Below, piece after piece: positions 27,296-40,163 of a stretch of DNA of 64,000 nucleotides. A program made the translations under genes and the position numbers. Position 1 is the first letter of the stretch, and the number at the start of each line of letters is the position of its first letter. The notes below the pieces were generated by a model that worked only from the letters and a program-made list of their open reading frames with translations, ran no database searches and had not been told where the DNA came from. The DNA comes from Bugula neritina. Lineage: Eukaryota > Animalia > Bryozoa. The stretch is from positions 15,800,642-15,864,641 of the forward strand of contig OZ037770.1 of assembly GCA_964035545.1 (NCBI GenBank). Direction: 5' to 3'.

Positions 27296-28013
27296 TAAGT
27301 CTCTGTCTGTACGGGGCTATTCCACTCCCCCCTCTTTCTATAACCTGGACAGTTCGGCTCCAAGTCTATTATGTTCTGTCTTTCAGTGTATGACTAGTCA
27401 ACTGAGCAATGTTATATACTGACACTTATTCTATTTACAAATGATGAACTGTTAGACCAGGTTGTGATACCCACCCTGTGATTCAAGTTAAGCACCTCTA
27501 TTGAACATCTTCTTTATAGGCATTGTTTGTATGCTGTGTGATATAATAATGATGATATATTCACTGTATCTGATTACATAATAGTGACTAATGAAATTTA
27601 TATATAAGTTGGAAAGTCAATGGAATGAAATTTATATTATTTATTTTTATTAAATGTTATTCTTTTGCATTTACAGACTAATAAACCCCAAACACTCCTC
27701 TGTCTATAAGATAATGTTGTCGTAATTATTCTATTGTATTCTAGGAGTGTAGCCAGCTCTGTACTGTAGTGAGCAGGGGTTCACTCATTGCTAGGAGTGT
27801 AGCCAGCTCTGTACTGTAGTGAGCGGGGGTTCACTCATTGCTAGGAGTGGTCTAGTAAGTTTTGTGTAATGCTGTGTTATGTTTAATCATAGCCAGCATA
27901 TCTTCAGTTGAAACTCACACTAAACATATGACCTAGTTGTTGAATAACAATTTATTAAAATTAACAAGCTGATTGACACATGTTATATTCTGGTTGGCTG
28001 TACTGCAACACTT

Positions 28014-31000
28014 TTAGCCAATCACAGGGCCTGTTGCTCGAGGGTTGACCTTGGAGAAGCTGTAGACTTCATGTCCGTCCTCGTCAATGTAGGATACTTT
28101 AATAACCTTGCCCTTAATCTCAAAGCCAACAAACCCGTAGTCCCTGTGCAGGAACTTGGAGTCTATTCTCTTCTCTTTGAGGTTCAGAAGAGAGGCAGGG
28201 TATGTGCTGGTGCTGCGCTTAGCCCCTGACCCGGATATTATGTAATCCACGACTCCACTGCAACACAATGATTAGTAGAGAGTAACTGAGGGATAGTATA
28301 TAGTAACTGAGGGATAGTATATAGTAACTGAGGGATAGTATATAGTAACTTAGGGATAGTATATAGTAACTGAGGGATAGTATATAGTAACTGAGGGATA
28401 GTATATAGTAACTGAGGGATAGTATATAGTAACTGAGAGATAGTATATAGTAACTGAGGGATAGTAGAGAGTAACTGAGAGATAGTATATAGTAACTGAG
28501 GGATAGTATAATATAGTAACTGAGGGATAGTATATAGTAACTGAGGGATAATATATAATAACTGAGGGATAGTATATAGTAACTGAGGGATAGTATATAG
28601 TAACTGAGGGATAGTATATACTATATAGTAACTGAGAGATAGTATATAGTAACTGAGAGATAGTAGAGAGTAACTGAGAGATAGTATATAGTAACTGAGG
28701 GATAGTATATAGTAACTGAGGGATAGTATATAGTAACTGAGGGATAGTATATAGTAACTGAGGGATAGTATATAGTAACTGAGGGATAGTATATAGTAAC
28801 TGAGGGATAGTATATAGTAACTGAGGGGTAGTATATAGTAACTGAGGGATAGTATATAGTAACTGAGAGATAGTATACAGTAACTCAGGGATAGTATACA
28901 GTAACTGAGGGATAGTATATAGTAACTGAGGGATAGTATATAGTAACTGAGGGATAGTATATAGTAACTGAGAGATAGTATATAGTAACTGAGGGATAGT
29001 ATATAGTAACTGAGGGATAGTATATAGTAACTGAGGGATAGTATATAGTAACTGAGGGATAGTATATAGTAACTGAGGGATAGTATATAGTAACTGAGGG
29101 ATAATATATAGTAACTGAGGGATAGTATATAGTAACTGAGAGATAGTATGTAGTAACTGAGGGATAGTAGAAACTCGCTGCCAATAGCTACCTGCTGTCT
29201 ACCATGTGCTGAAGAAAGTGGTCGTGGCCGCAGATATAGAGGGCTGCCCGGTGCTTCACCAACTCCCCCCTTATATTGTCGTACATGGAAGCTGTGGAAC
29301 TCGCCTTCCCGTGTGACCCAGCCGATGCTATTGGATGATGTCCCATCACTATTATCCAATCAGCTTTTGATTCACCTAGAAGTTGCCATGACGATATTTG
29401 TTTCACCATCAACTCACGGCATTTCTAACATTTTCCTTATGATCAGTTTATTATTTCTTTATTTAATGCTAATACACTATACTGCTTAGTCTCAGATCAC
29501 ATTATGACCTTGACACTAGTACACATTATGATCTTGCCACTAGTACACATTATGACCTTGACATTAGTACACATTATGACCTTGCCACTAGGACACATTA
29601 CGACCTTGACACTAGTACACATGATAGTCTCAGGTCACTCACTCAGCTCGTTCTTGAACCACTTGTACTGGTGGTACTCGGCCTCCTGTCTGATTGGGTC
29701 TGTATCAAGGAAGATGAAGTGAACATCCTGTCCTCCCACTGAGTAGTGCATAGAGTAGTACAGACTCGGCATCACCCATCTGCTGTCTGTCTTCCCATAC
29801 TTCACCTGGTTTGCTGCGTTTCCTGTGCGTCATGACAGTCTTACAGCATGCAGTCTACATTCCTATATCAACTCTCTCAATCTCATGTTATCTTACGACC
29901 AGCAGTGAAAGTCCTAGTCTTACAGCAGGGTTGGGGTCAATTACATGTAAATGTAATTAATTACAATTACAATTACATGAAGATTTGTCAATTACAATTA
30001 CAATTATAATTACAGTTGAAAATAAATGTAATTAATTACAATTACAATTACATGGCAATGTAATTAATTACAATTACAATTACTTTTGTTCTCGCAAGGA
30101 ATAAATAGAAGTTACTTCTAGGGTCCAACTACCAGCGGCAATGGTGAACCTCTTTTTTTTTCTACAGTGATACTATTATGTCATTCCATACCAAATCAAC
30201 CAACTTTCAAGGAGTCCCACATCTTTGTGTCTCAGATTTTGCTCATATTTACACTAAATGGACCTACACATGTTCAGATTACCATTCGTGAATATTTCTG
30301 GCCTGACACAAAAACATTTTGAGAAATTACTACTTTGGTGAACAAAGGTTGGAAAATTTGTGATTTATACTTTTAGACCAATTTATATGTAATTTAAAAT
30401 TTGATTAGGCGAGTATTTGAAATTTTTCAAAATTTGCAAAGATTTGTTCATATTCAATGATTTTGCACATATGCACACAAAGTATTCTGTAGTATGTGTT
30501 GCTACTAGTGCAAATTGTTGGGTATTATCAAATCACAGCAAATTTTAAGGCTCAGTCTGGAAAATTGATTGAGATATAGACGTTTATAGATTAGTCTAAA
30601 AATAGAAATCACAAATTTTCCTCAAAATGTTTCTCAACTTTTGTCCACAAAAGTAGTCAGTTCTCAAAAAAAATTTGTGTCAGGTCAGAAATACTGAAGA
30701 AGAGTACTTGAGGCATGTGTAGGTCTATTTGGTGTAAACATTAACAAAATCTGAGACGCAAATAGACGCGGGCAATTCGGTGAGCTGGCATGGAATGACC
30801 CTACTATATAGACCTAACTATCTGAACTTGTTATTTAACAGTAGGCATTGTAGAAAAAGGAGTTTTTTAAGATTTAAAAGTTTGAAGTAATTGACATGTA
30901 ATTATAAAGTAATTGTAAAAATCAATTACATTAGATATGTAATTAATTACAATTACAATTACAATTACATTTTTAAACCTCAATTACAAATTACATTCAA

Positions 31001-33527
31001 TTACTTGAAAAAATGTAATTAATTACAGCCAATTACAATTACAAATTACAATTACCCCAACCCTGTCTTACAGATACCACCTACCATCATAATAGTCCTA
31101 GGGTTACAGATACCACCTACCATCATAATAGTCCTAGGGTTACATATACCACCTACCATCATAATAGTCCTAGTCTTACATATACCACCTACCATCATAA
31201 TAGTCCTAGGGTTACATATACCACCTACCATCATAATAGTCCTAGGGTTACATATACCACCTACCATCATAATAGTCCTAGGGTTACATATACCACCTAC
31301 CATCATAATAGTCCTAGGGTTACATATACCACCTACCATCATAATAGTCCTAGGGTTACAGATACCACCTACCATCATAATAGTCGTGGTTTCCCTCTAT
31401 CACCAGCCACGGATGTTGCAAAGACTTCTGGGCATACACATTCTTCCACGTCGTCTGAAACTTCTTGTCCTTGGCACTGTAGACTCCAGTCTCGTAGAAG
31501 TTGTCCCCTACCGACGAGCATGTTGTGTGAGGGTATTTCAGATATCAATTCGTTTGTGTTTAAAATAGTCAGGAAGAAATATGATCTCACATGATTGGTT
31601 ACCTATGGCAGCGGTGAATGCTGACTTGTGCTGTTCTGACCAATCAGCTAACCTTCTAGCCACTCTCCTCTGGTGAGATCCTTCTCTCCCCCAGTCACCC
31701 AGAGCAGTGAACGACAGCTTCGTGTTCGCAGAACTCAGTTTCATCATACCACTCGTGATTTCAGTGGCCGCCTTGTCTGCAGTAGAGAGAAACTCTGGTG
31801 AGGGAAGAGAATTGTGTGTTGGTGACCTTCACATCTGATTGAAATGATGAGCAAACCAACCTCGTATCTGATAGACTGAGTTTGACCAATCCCCTCCACA
31901 CATCTCATCTCCGTCACCATTGTCTCCCGACCCTTTAGTGCAAGGCTCGTCGCACATGCTCTCTTCTTCCTTCCCGTAGCGACCAAACCCGTTGTCACAC
32001 CGGCACTCATTGCTACATTACACATACAGTTGTGATGTCATTTCCTTTTTATTTAGCATGGAAAATGGCACGTAGCTGTGAACTGAGGTTGTAGGGAGTA
32101 GAACTAGTGAGGGTGGGGTCAAGCACTCACCCGTTCTGGAGCGCCATGTAGAGGTTGTTGTAGCCACTGCAGAAGTCATAGCATCTGCTCACACTCATTC
32201 CGTATCTGTCAGCCGTCAGTTTGTGGTAGCTGGTCAGATCTCTGGGGCGCTTGTCCGTGTAACAGCCGATATATTTCCATTTGGTTGAAGCTGAGTGATG
32301 AGCAATATATGCACACAGTTGGTATACAGTTGGTATACAGTGAGTATACAGGTGGTATAGTGAGTATACAGGTGATACAGTCAGTATACAGTTGGTACAG
32401 TGAGTATACAGGTGATGTAGTCAGTATACAGGTGATATACAGTCAGTATACAGGTGGTACAGTGAGTATACAGGTGATACAGTTGGTATACAGTGAGTAT
32501 ACAGTGAGTATACAGTGAGTATACAGTGAGTATACAGTGAGTATACAGGTGGTACAGTGAGTATACAGTCAGTATACAGTCAGTATACAGGTGATACAGT
32601 CAGTATATAGGTGGTACAGTGGGTATACAGGTGATACAGTGGGTATACAGGTGATACAGTGAGTATACAGTCAGTATACATTGAGTATACAGTGACTATA
32701 CAGTGAGTATACAGTCAGTATACAGACGTGAGTATACAGTGACTATACAGTGAGTATACAGGTGATACAGTCAGTATACAGGTGATATAGTGAGTATACA
32801 GGTGGTACAGTGAGTATACAGGTGGTATAGTTAGTTAAAGTACACCTGACTACTATAGCTCAGTTGCATAAATAATTAGCATCAAACTGCATACAAGCAT
32901 TGATGGTGATTTATTTGCATATATCAGGGTATGTATATGCCACTTGCTCTACCTGCTCCATGTGTCAGTATATATACTACCTGTTCCATGTGTCAGTATA
33001 TACACTACCTGCTCCATGTGTCAGTATATATACTACCTGTTCCACGTGCCAGTATATATACTACCTGCTCCACGTGTCAGTATATATACTACCTACTCCA
33101 TGTGTCAGTATATATACTACCTGCTCCATGTGTCTATTTATATACTACCTGCTCTATGTGTCAGTATATATACTACCTGCTCCATGTGTCAGTATATATA
33201 CTACCTGTTCCACGTGCCAGTATATATACTACCTGCTCCACGTGTCAGTATATATACTACCTACTCCATGTGTCAGTATATATACTACCTGCTCCATGTG
33301 TCAGTATATACACTACCTGCTCCATGTGTCAGTATATACACTACCTGCTCCATGTGTCAGTATATACACTACCTGCTCCATGTGTCAGTATATATACTAC
33401 CTGCTCCATGTGTCAGTATATACACTACCTGCTCCACATGTCGCTCACCTTTGGAAGACTCTGGCACTACTGACCGTCCACTTGTTACTGAAATGGCTGT
33501 TGCTATTAGAATTGGCAGTAGCAACAT
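28014..33527 (-). CDS. Secreted WSC-domain + tartrate-resistant (purple) acid phosphatase type 5-like protein (8 exons)
   Basis: Signal peptide MLLLPILIATAISVTSG; WSC domain KYIGCYTD..MSVSRCYDFC..YMALQNGNECRCDN..CDEPC..CGGDWSNSVY; metallophosphoesterase motifs GDWG, GDNFY, GNHD, RWVMPSLYY, GHHP, GHDH, IISGSG. Confidence 0.9.
28272..29170. repeat. 21-bp intronic minisatellite
   Basis: GGGATAGTATATAGTAACTGA array filling the last phosphatase intron. Confidence 0.95.
29926..31065. mobile_element. hAT-type non-autonomous element copy 1 (1140 bp)
   Basis: TIRs CAGGGTTGGGGT...ACCCCAACCCTG; 8-bp TSD TCTTACAG (29918-29925 / 31066-31073); subterminal AATTAC arrays; near-identical to 47797-48937. Confidence 0.9.
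31066..31385 (-). repeat. 36-bp donor-spanning minisatellite
   Basis: Minus strand GACTATTATGATG|GTAGGTGGTATATGTAACCCTAG x9. Confidence 0.95.
32310..33440. repeat. Two minisatellites in phosphatase intron 1
   Basis: (CAGTGAGTATA)-type array 32310-32830; 28-bp ACCTGCTCCATGTGTCAGTATATATACT array 32945-33440. Confidence 0.9.
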
Positions 33528-34660
33528 GCTGAGTTATTGAGTGCGACTCTGCTAGTTATTGAGTCAGACTCTGTCAGTTATTGAGTGAGACTTGAATACA
33601 GCCACTCTTTTCCACTGAATGTCCAGCTGTTACATGACAGCGTGTGAATCTCTCCATCTGGTGGTTCACCAACTCCTTATCAGTTGGTCATCCTTGTTAT
33701 ACATTATGTATGCAGTGTATATCATGTATATACACTGTATAATATGTAGTGGTGTTGTGTATATTATATACCATATATATAGTACATACATATGTATACA
33801 GTATATAATCCTAGTATATTATGTAGATCATACATCATAGTTATATATATACAGTATGTACGTATATACTAGTGTTGTTTGTCATAAGTAGTTTCTATTT
33901 CTAGTACAAGTTCTATATTTGTAACTTGTTTACTGTGTATAATAGACCCATGTCTGGCACTTTGCAACCAGCCTGTTCAGTGTCAATGTACCTCCACTTT
34001 GTTTTGTCACGTGACATATGCCAAACCCATTAGCTGGCCAAGCTCCACACATTTACAGTCTCAGACACGGGCGTTGCACTTTTGGCTTAGTGCAGCCGCA
34101 CCGCAACGCGCCACTGCACAGCCGCCATTGTGGTAATACTAAGCAGGCGATGAATGCTTTATTGACGAAGCTGTAAGGTCATTGACATTTAGTACTTGAA
34201 TAGTTATAAATACTCGCCTCAACAACAAGCTGCACTATATAAGAGAAATAATTGGAATAGCTTATCAGATCAACTCTTGTACCGCTGCAACTGGGTCGTC
34301 GCTTGAATTTGAGAAGAACTTCGTAACGTGAAAACAGGTATGCAAGCTGTAGTATACTATATTTGTGACACCGCAATGTGTGCTGTAGTAGTGCATGTAA
34401 CACTGTACTGTAGCAGTAAATGTAACACTGTACTGTAGTAGTAAATGTAACACTGTACTGTAGCAGTAAATGTAGCAATGTACTGTAGTAGTAAATGTAA
34501 CACTGTACTGTAGTAGTAAATGTAACACTGTACTGTAGTAGTAAATGTAACACTGTACTGTAGTAGTGCATGTAACACTGTACTGTAGTAGTAAATGTAA
34601 CACTGTACTGTAGTAGTAAATGTAGCAATGTGCTGTTAGTTCCAGTATGTGTTTTAGAGC
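33528..34660. promoter_or_regulatory. Putative shared upstream region of the phosphatase and nuclear receptor genes
   Basis: Divergent orientation; GC/CpG-rich patch at 34060-34150; possible 5'UTR donor AACAG|GTATGC at ~34337. Confidence 0.35.
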
Positions 34661-34664
34661 AGAC

Positions 34665-37600
34665 ATGTTGTCCAACGACCTTGATGAAGTTGAAGGTCAG
34701 GAATCAGATGGTGTTGAGGAGGAAAGATGTGATATTTGTGGAGATAGGTCCTCAGGCTATCACTATGGTGTACTCAGCTGTGAGGGGTGTAAAGGTAGGC
34801 AGTGTATATCATATACAGCATATTATATTATTATATTATACTATACTATATTATATTATATTATATTATATTATATTATATTATATTATACTATATTATA
34901 CTATATTATATTATATTATATTATATACATAATTCAGACATTTATCCAGCAGTTTAGTAATTCTTACAAAATTCTCAGTAGACTTAACCTGGTTTTTGAA
35001 CTCTTCTGAATTTAGCAGTTGCATGTACAGCCCCTGCTAGGACTCCAGCCCCTGCTAGGACTACAGTCCTAGCAGGGGCTGGAGTCCTACTTTTGAATCC
35101 AGGTTCTATGCAGTTTCGTGACTATAGTTAAGGGGGGGGGGTATCAGTATAGCCCCAACTCTGTGCTGTGTAGTGACTATAATAGTTGGGGGGTATCAGT
35201 ATAGCCCCAACTCTATAGTGACTATAATAGTTGTTGTTGACAATATAGAGCAGGTCATTCCCCTGGAAGCAGTCACGTGACAAGTTGTTATGCTGCAGTT
35301 TATATCGTACAGGATGTATCAATACTTAATGGTTTTTTATAGTATCCTTTAGGGTGAATAACCTGGCTGTTTACTCTTCACTGAATTCCTTATATATAAT
35401 TCATGATTACTGTATTTCGTAACAGCTAATTTTAGCAACACAGTTTATAGTAGTATATCATAGTATTATAGTAATATATAGTTTATAGAATATATAGTAA
35501 TATACTTGATAGACTATAGTAACACAGTTGGTAGAATATAGTTACTACTATCAGTGAGTATAGTTACTACTACCAGTGAGTATAGCTACTACTACCAATG
35601 AGTATAGTTACTACTATCAGTGAGTATAGTTACTACTGTCAGTGAGTATAGTTACTACTACCAATGAGTATAGTTACTACTGCCAGTGGGTATAGTTACT
35701 ACTACCAATGAGTCTAACTCGCTCCAGGTTTATTATAATATTCAGGCAATTCCCACTATTCCGTTTATGCTGTCTAGTTAGTTTCTACTTTTCACACGCA
35801 TCACGGCTCTGTGGGACGTCTGCCGGCCGCCCTGAATCTAATGTTATTGCAAGATACTGGGTTACTAATGAGTGTGAACGAACGAGGCAGGAATGCGGTT
35901 AGCTAGTTAGTACTGGTTAGAGATAGTCACGCTTGGTTACTGTGGCAACAACAAGGTCAATGACTGCTGTAGTCACGCCTCCTTTTCGTCTGCGTTAGAT
36001 TAGCTTACGTTAAATTGCCACATGATTGATTGCCAGCTTTGCTATGTACGTATAGCAAGTAAACTACAGGGTACTGAGTAAACTCTACCATCAGCTCAGC
36101 ACACATCCTTTACTTACGAGGTGCTGGTATTGTGCTGTATGCATCATGTATGGTACCACTGCTTTCTCTTTCATAATCACACAGTCTTCTGCTGATAGGT
36201 CTGTTATTCCCTGTGTACACAATCTCCTGCAGATAGGTCTGTTATTCCCTGTGTACACAGTCTTCTGCTGATAGGTCTGTTATTCCCTGTGTTCACAATC
36301 TTCTGTTGATAGGCCTGTTATTCCCTGTGTACACAATCTCTTGCAGATAGGCCTGTTATTCCCTGTGTACACAATCTCCTGCAGATAGGTTTGTTATTCC
36401 CTGTGTACAATATATCCTGCCGATAGGTTTGTTATTCCCTGTGTACACTATATCCTGCCGATAGGTTTGCTATTCCCTGTGTACACAATCTCCTGCAGAT
36501 AGGTCTGTTATTCCCTGTGTACACAATCTCCTGCCGATAGGTCTGTTATTCCCTGTGTACACAATCTCCTGCAGATAGGTCTGTTATTCCCTGTGTACAC
36601 AATCTCCTGCAGATAGGTCTGTTATCTCATGGTTACATTGTCTTCTGCCATGTTGCAGGCTTCTTCAGAAGGAGTGTCCAGAAGTCACTTGACGGCAAAT
36701 GTAAGATTGGAGGAAACTGTAAAGTCACTATTGCCACCAGGCGGCGCTGTCCTCCGTGCCGATTCAACAAGTGCCTGGCTGTCGGTATGCAAGAGCACTG
36801 TGAGTATACAAGCTAATATCTATATCTATAGCTAGCACTGTCTATATCTATAGCTAGCCCTGTCTATACCTATAGCTAGCACTGTCTATATCTATAGCTA
36901 GCACTGTCTATATCTATAGCTAGCACTGTCTATATCTATAACTAGCACTGTCTATATCTATAGCTAGCACTGTCTATATCTATAGCTAGCACTGTCTATA
37001 TCTATAGCTAGCACTGTCTATATCTATAGCTAGCACTGTCTATTTCTACAGCTAGCACTGTCTGTTTCTACAGCTAGCACTGTCTGTATCTATAGCTAGC
37101 ACTGTCTATATCTATAGCTAGCACTGTCTATATCTATAGCTAGCACTGTCTATTTCTACAGCTAGCACTGTCTATTTCTACAGCTAGCACTGTCTATATT
37201 CCAGGTCTCCTCACTGAGCTACAGTGCAAGGCCAGGGGGTCCAAGAGAAAGCTGAGTAAGCAGAAAGCATCTTCTGCTCAGACCAACACTTCACCTGTTA
37301 AAAGGTTCTGTGCAGACGCTGAAGACAGCCAATCAAATAAATCATCACATAAATCTGCATTTGTCTCCGCTGATTCAACTAAATTTGAAAATTCTCAAAG
37401 TTTTGGGTCAGTGAGTAAGCAGTCACCTCATTGGTCAACTGGCAGTCAACAGTCACCTCATTGGTCAACCTCTAGTGAATATTCACCAAAAGGCTCTGCT
37501 GGCCAAGTTTCACCTCATTGGCCGTCTGGAAGTCAGCTATCACCTCATTGGTCAGTTACTGGCAGCCTCTCTGATCAGACAGAAGCAAATGGTCTGATGG

Positions 37601-40163
37601 ATTTAGGTAAATATCTTAATCTAAGTTCTGTTTCAGTGAATGAGGTTTTTAAGTTCTTACTTTGTTGAGAGAACAGAATGTTAACCAAAGTTACTACTAT
37701 TTGATGGCTGCAGACTCTGGTCATACAGAAGCAGAAGGCAGGAATGTAGATATGGCTGCTTTACTGGACAAAATCATTCTCTTCTTTGATGAAGATATCA
37801 ACTTAGATGAGGTGAGCCGCCTATTGATATAAAACCTTCTTGTCTCCGTTCTAGCCCGTTAGCTCACATTGACTGTTCAAGAGTAAGTCACTGTTAGTAG
37901 ATAGCTAACCTTCAGTCAAATAAACTGTAAATATTTCTACTAGCTGGAACTGGCCAACAGATATGCAGAAGACGCGGATGCTGCAAGCTCCGCCCACCTC
38001 AAGAAGATCTACATCACTATTTTAGCCTCCAAGTTCGTCGCCAACCTCTCTAAACACATGATGGGGTTTGATGAGTTCAGTCCAGGGGACCAGATTAGTC
38101 TGATTAAGGTGAGAATCAGTGACTCACTTGCAGTGACTCATTGACCATCTACCTGACTATCTAACTGACTGCATTTACTAAGACTATCTGACAATCACTG
38201 TTTTCAAGCTTCTTCACAGTTTGCCAACAAACTGTTATTTCATGTTAGGAAACAGTGCAATGAATGAAAACCACAACCATAATTTAATGCCAACCAACCA
38301 CAGATCCATGAGCATGAGTATTCATTTGCATAATGCGAAGCCATGGAAACCAGCAAATAGAAATATTTTATTTAAAAATATATAATTTGAAAGTAAACAT
38401 GTAAATATTTCAGTACTATTACTGTATTATAGTATTACTTCAGTATTATTACTGTATTATAGTATTACTTCAGTATTATTACTGTATTATAGTACTACTT
38501 CAGTATTATTACTGTATTATAGTATTACTTCAGTATTATTACTGTATTATAGTATTACTTCAGTATTATTACTGTATTATAGTACTACTTTAGTATTATT
38601 ACTGTATTATAGTACTACTTCAGTATTATTACTGTATTATAGTATTACTTCAGTATTATTACTGTATTATAGTATTACTTCAGTATTATTACTGTATTAT
38701 AGTATTACTTCAGTATTATTACTGTATTATAGTATTACTTCAGTATTATTACTGTATTATAGTATTACTTCAGTATTATTACTGTATTATAGTACTACTT
38801 CAGTATTATTACTGTATTATAGTACTACTTTAGTATTATTACTGTATTATAGTACTACTTCAGTATTATTACTGTATTATAGTATTACTTCAGTATTATT
38901 ACTGTATTATAGTATTACTTCAGTATTATTACTGTATTATAGTATTACTTCAGTATTATTACTGTATTATAGTATTACTTCAGTATTATTACTGTATTAT
39001 AGTATTACTTCAGTATTATTACTGTATTATAGTATTACTTCAGTATTATTACTGTATTATAGTACTACTTCAGTATTATTACTGTATTATAGTACTACTT
39101 TTTGTACTCTCACAATACTCTCTCTGTAATATTATACTCCATTACTGTGTTATGTACCATGACAGTATCATATCTATCTCTTTCAGAGTAGTATATTCTG
39201 TACCATGACAGTATCATATCTATCTTTCAGAGTAGTATATTCTGTACCGTGACAGTATCATATCTATCTTTCAGAGTAGTATATTCTGTACCATGACAGT
39301 ATCATATCTATCTCTTTCAGAGTAGTATATTCGGTATCATGGCCCTGAGAGTATACAGGGGATATGACATCACAACTGATAGCGCTACTCTACCCGACAG
39401 CAAAGTCTACAACGAGGAGCAGCTAAAGGAGGGAGGCATGGGTGATAGTGCCACGAGTCTCTTTAGGTTTTGCAGAACTATGGCTAGCATGGAGGCAGAT
39501 CCTGTAGAAGTGGCTTTGATGACTTGCATCTGTCTGTTCTCGGGTAAACACATAGTAATACACACAGTAGATTATGATGTCATAAGGGCATAGTAATACA
39601 CACAGTAGATTATGATGTCATAAGGGCATAGTAATACACACAGTAGATTATGATGTCATAAGGGCATAGTAATACACACAGTAGATTATGATGTCATAAG
39701 AGCATAGTAATACATACAGTAGATTATGATGTCATAAGAGCGTAGTAATACATACAGTAGATTATGATGTCATAAGAGCGTAGTAATACATACAGTAGAT
39801 TATGATGTCATAAGAGCGTAGTAATACATACAGTAGATTATGATGCCATAAAGGCGTAGTAATACATGTAGGCGACTGTTGTTTTCAGAGAGCAGTAGAG
39901 TGAGGGATTTGGACAGAGTACAAGAGGTGCAGAGTATATATTCTAGAGCCTTAGCTGCCTACTGCAACCTCAAATCGAGGGACGGGTGCACACGTTTCGC
40001 TAGACTCATCATGAAGATCATTAGCCTGAGGGAGTTGAACAGCTTCCTGTGTTCAAATGACTCTGACTTGAGGTTCCAGAATGAGTTGAGTTGTGAAGCC
40101 ATCTTGACTCTACCTAAACCTCTCCAGCAATACTTCAAATGCGTAGACACTACGTCTCACTGA
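34665..40163 (+). CDS. Nuclear hormone receptor, NR1 subfamily (NR1H/EcR-LXR-FXR-like), 7 coding exons
   Basis: [26 protein letters not shown]|[32 protein letters not shown]; [18 protein letters not shown]|[61 protein letters not shown]. Exons ~34665-34794, 36659-36799, 37205-37606, 37714-37811, 37944-38109, 39321-39543, 39889-40163. Confidence 0.88.
36180..36626. repeat. ~38-bp intronic minisatellite
   Basis: ACACAATCTCCTGCAGATAGGTCTGTTATTCCCTGTGT array. Confidence 0.95.
36818..37198. repeat. 22-bp intronic minisatellite
   Basis: TATCTATAGCTAGCACTGTCTA array filling the intron. Confidence 0.95.
38408..39100. repeat. 30-bp intronic minisatellite
   Basis: CAGTATTATTACTGTATTATAGTATTACTT, ~23 copies. 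Confidence 0.95.
39155..39332 (+). repeat. 44/46-bp acceptor-spanning repeat
   Basis: GTACCATGACAGTATCATATCTATCT(CT)TTCAG|AGTAGTATATTC x4. Confidence 0.95.
39550..39868. repeat. ~38-bp intronic minisatellite
   Basis: CATAGTAATACACACAGTAGATTATGATGTCATAAGGG, ~8 copies. Confidence 0.95.

Noticed and set aside
23063-39868. 30-57 bp repeat arrays as possible CRISPR arrays
   Set aside because: Units are head-to-tail with no unique spacers, there are no cas genes, and the context is eukaryotic introns.
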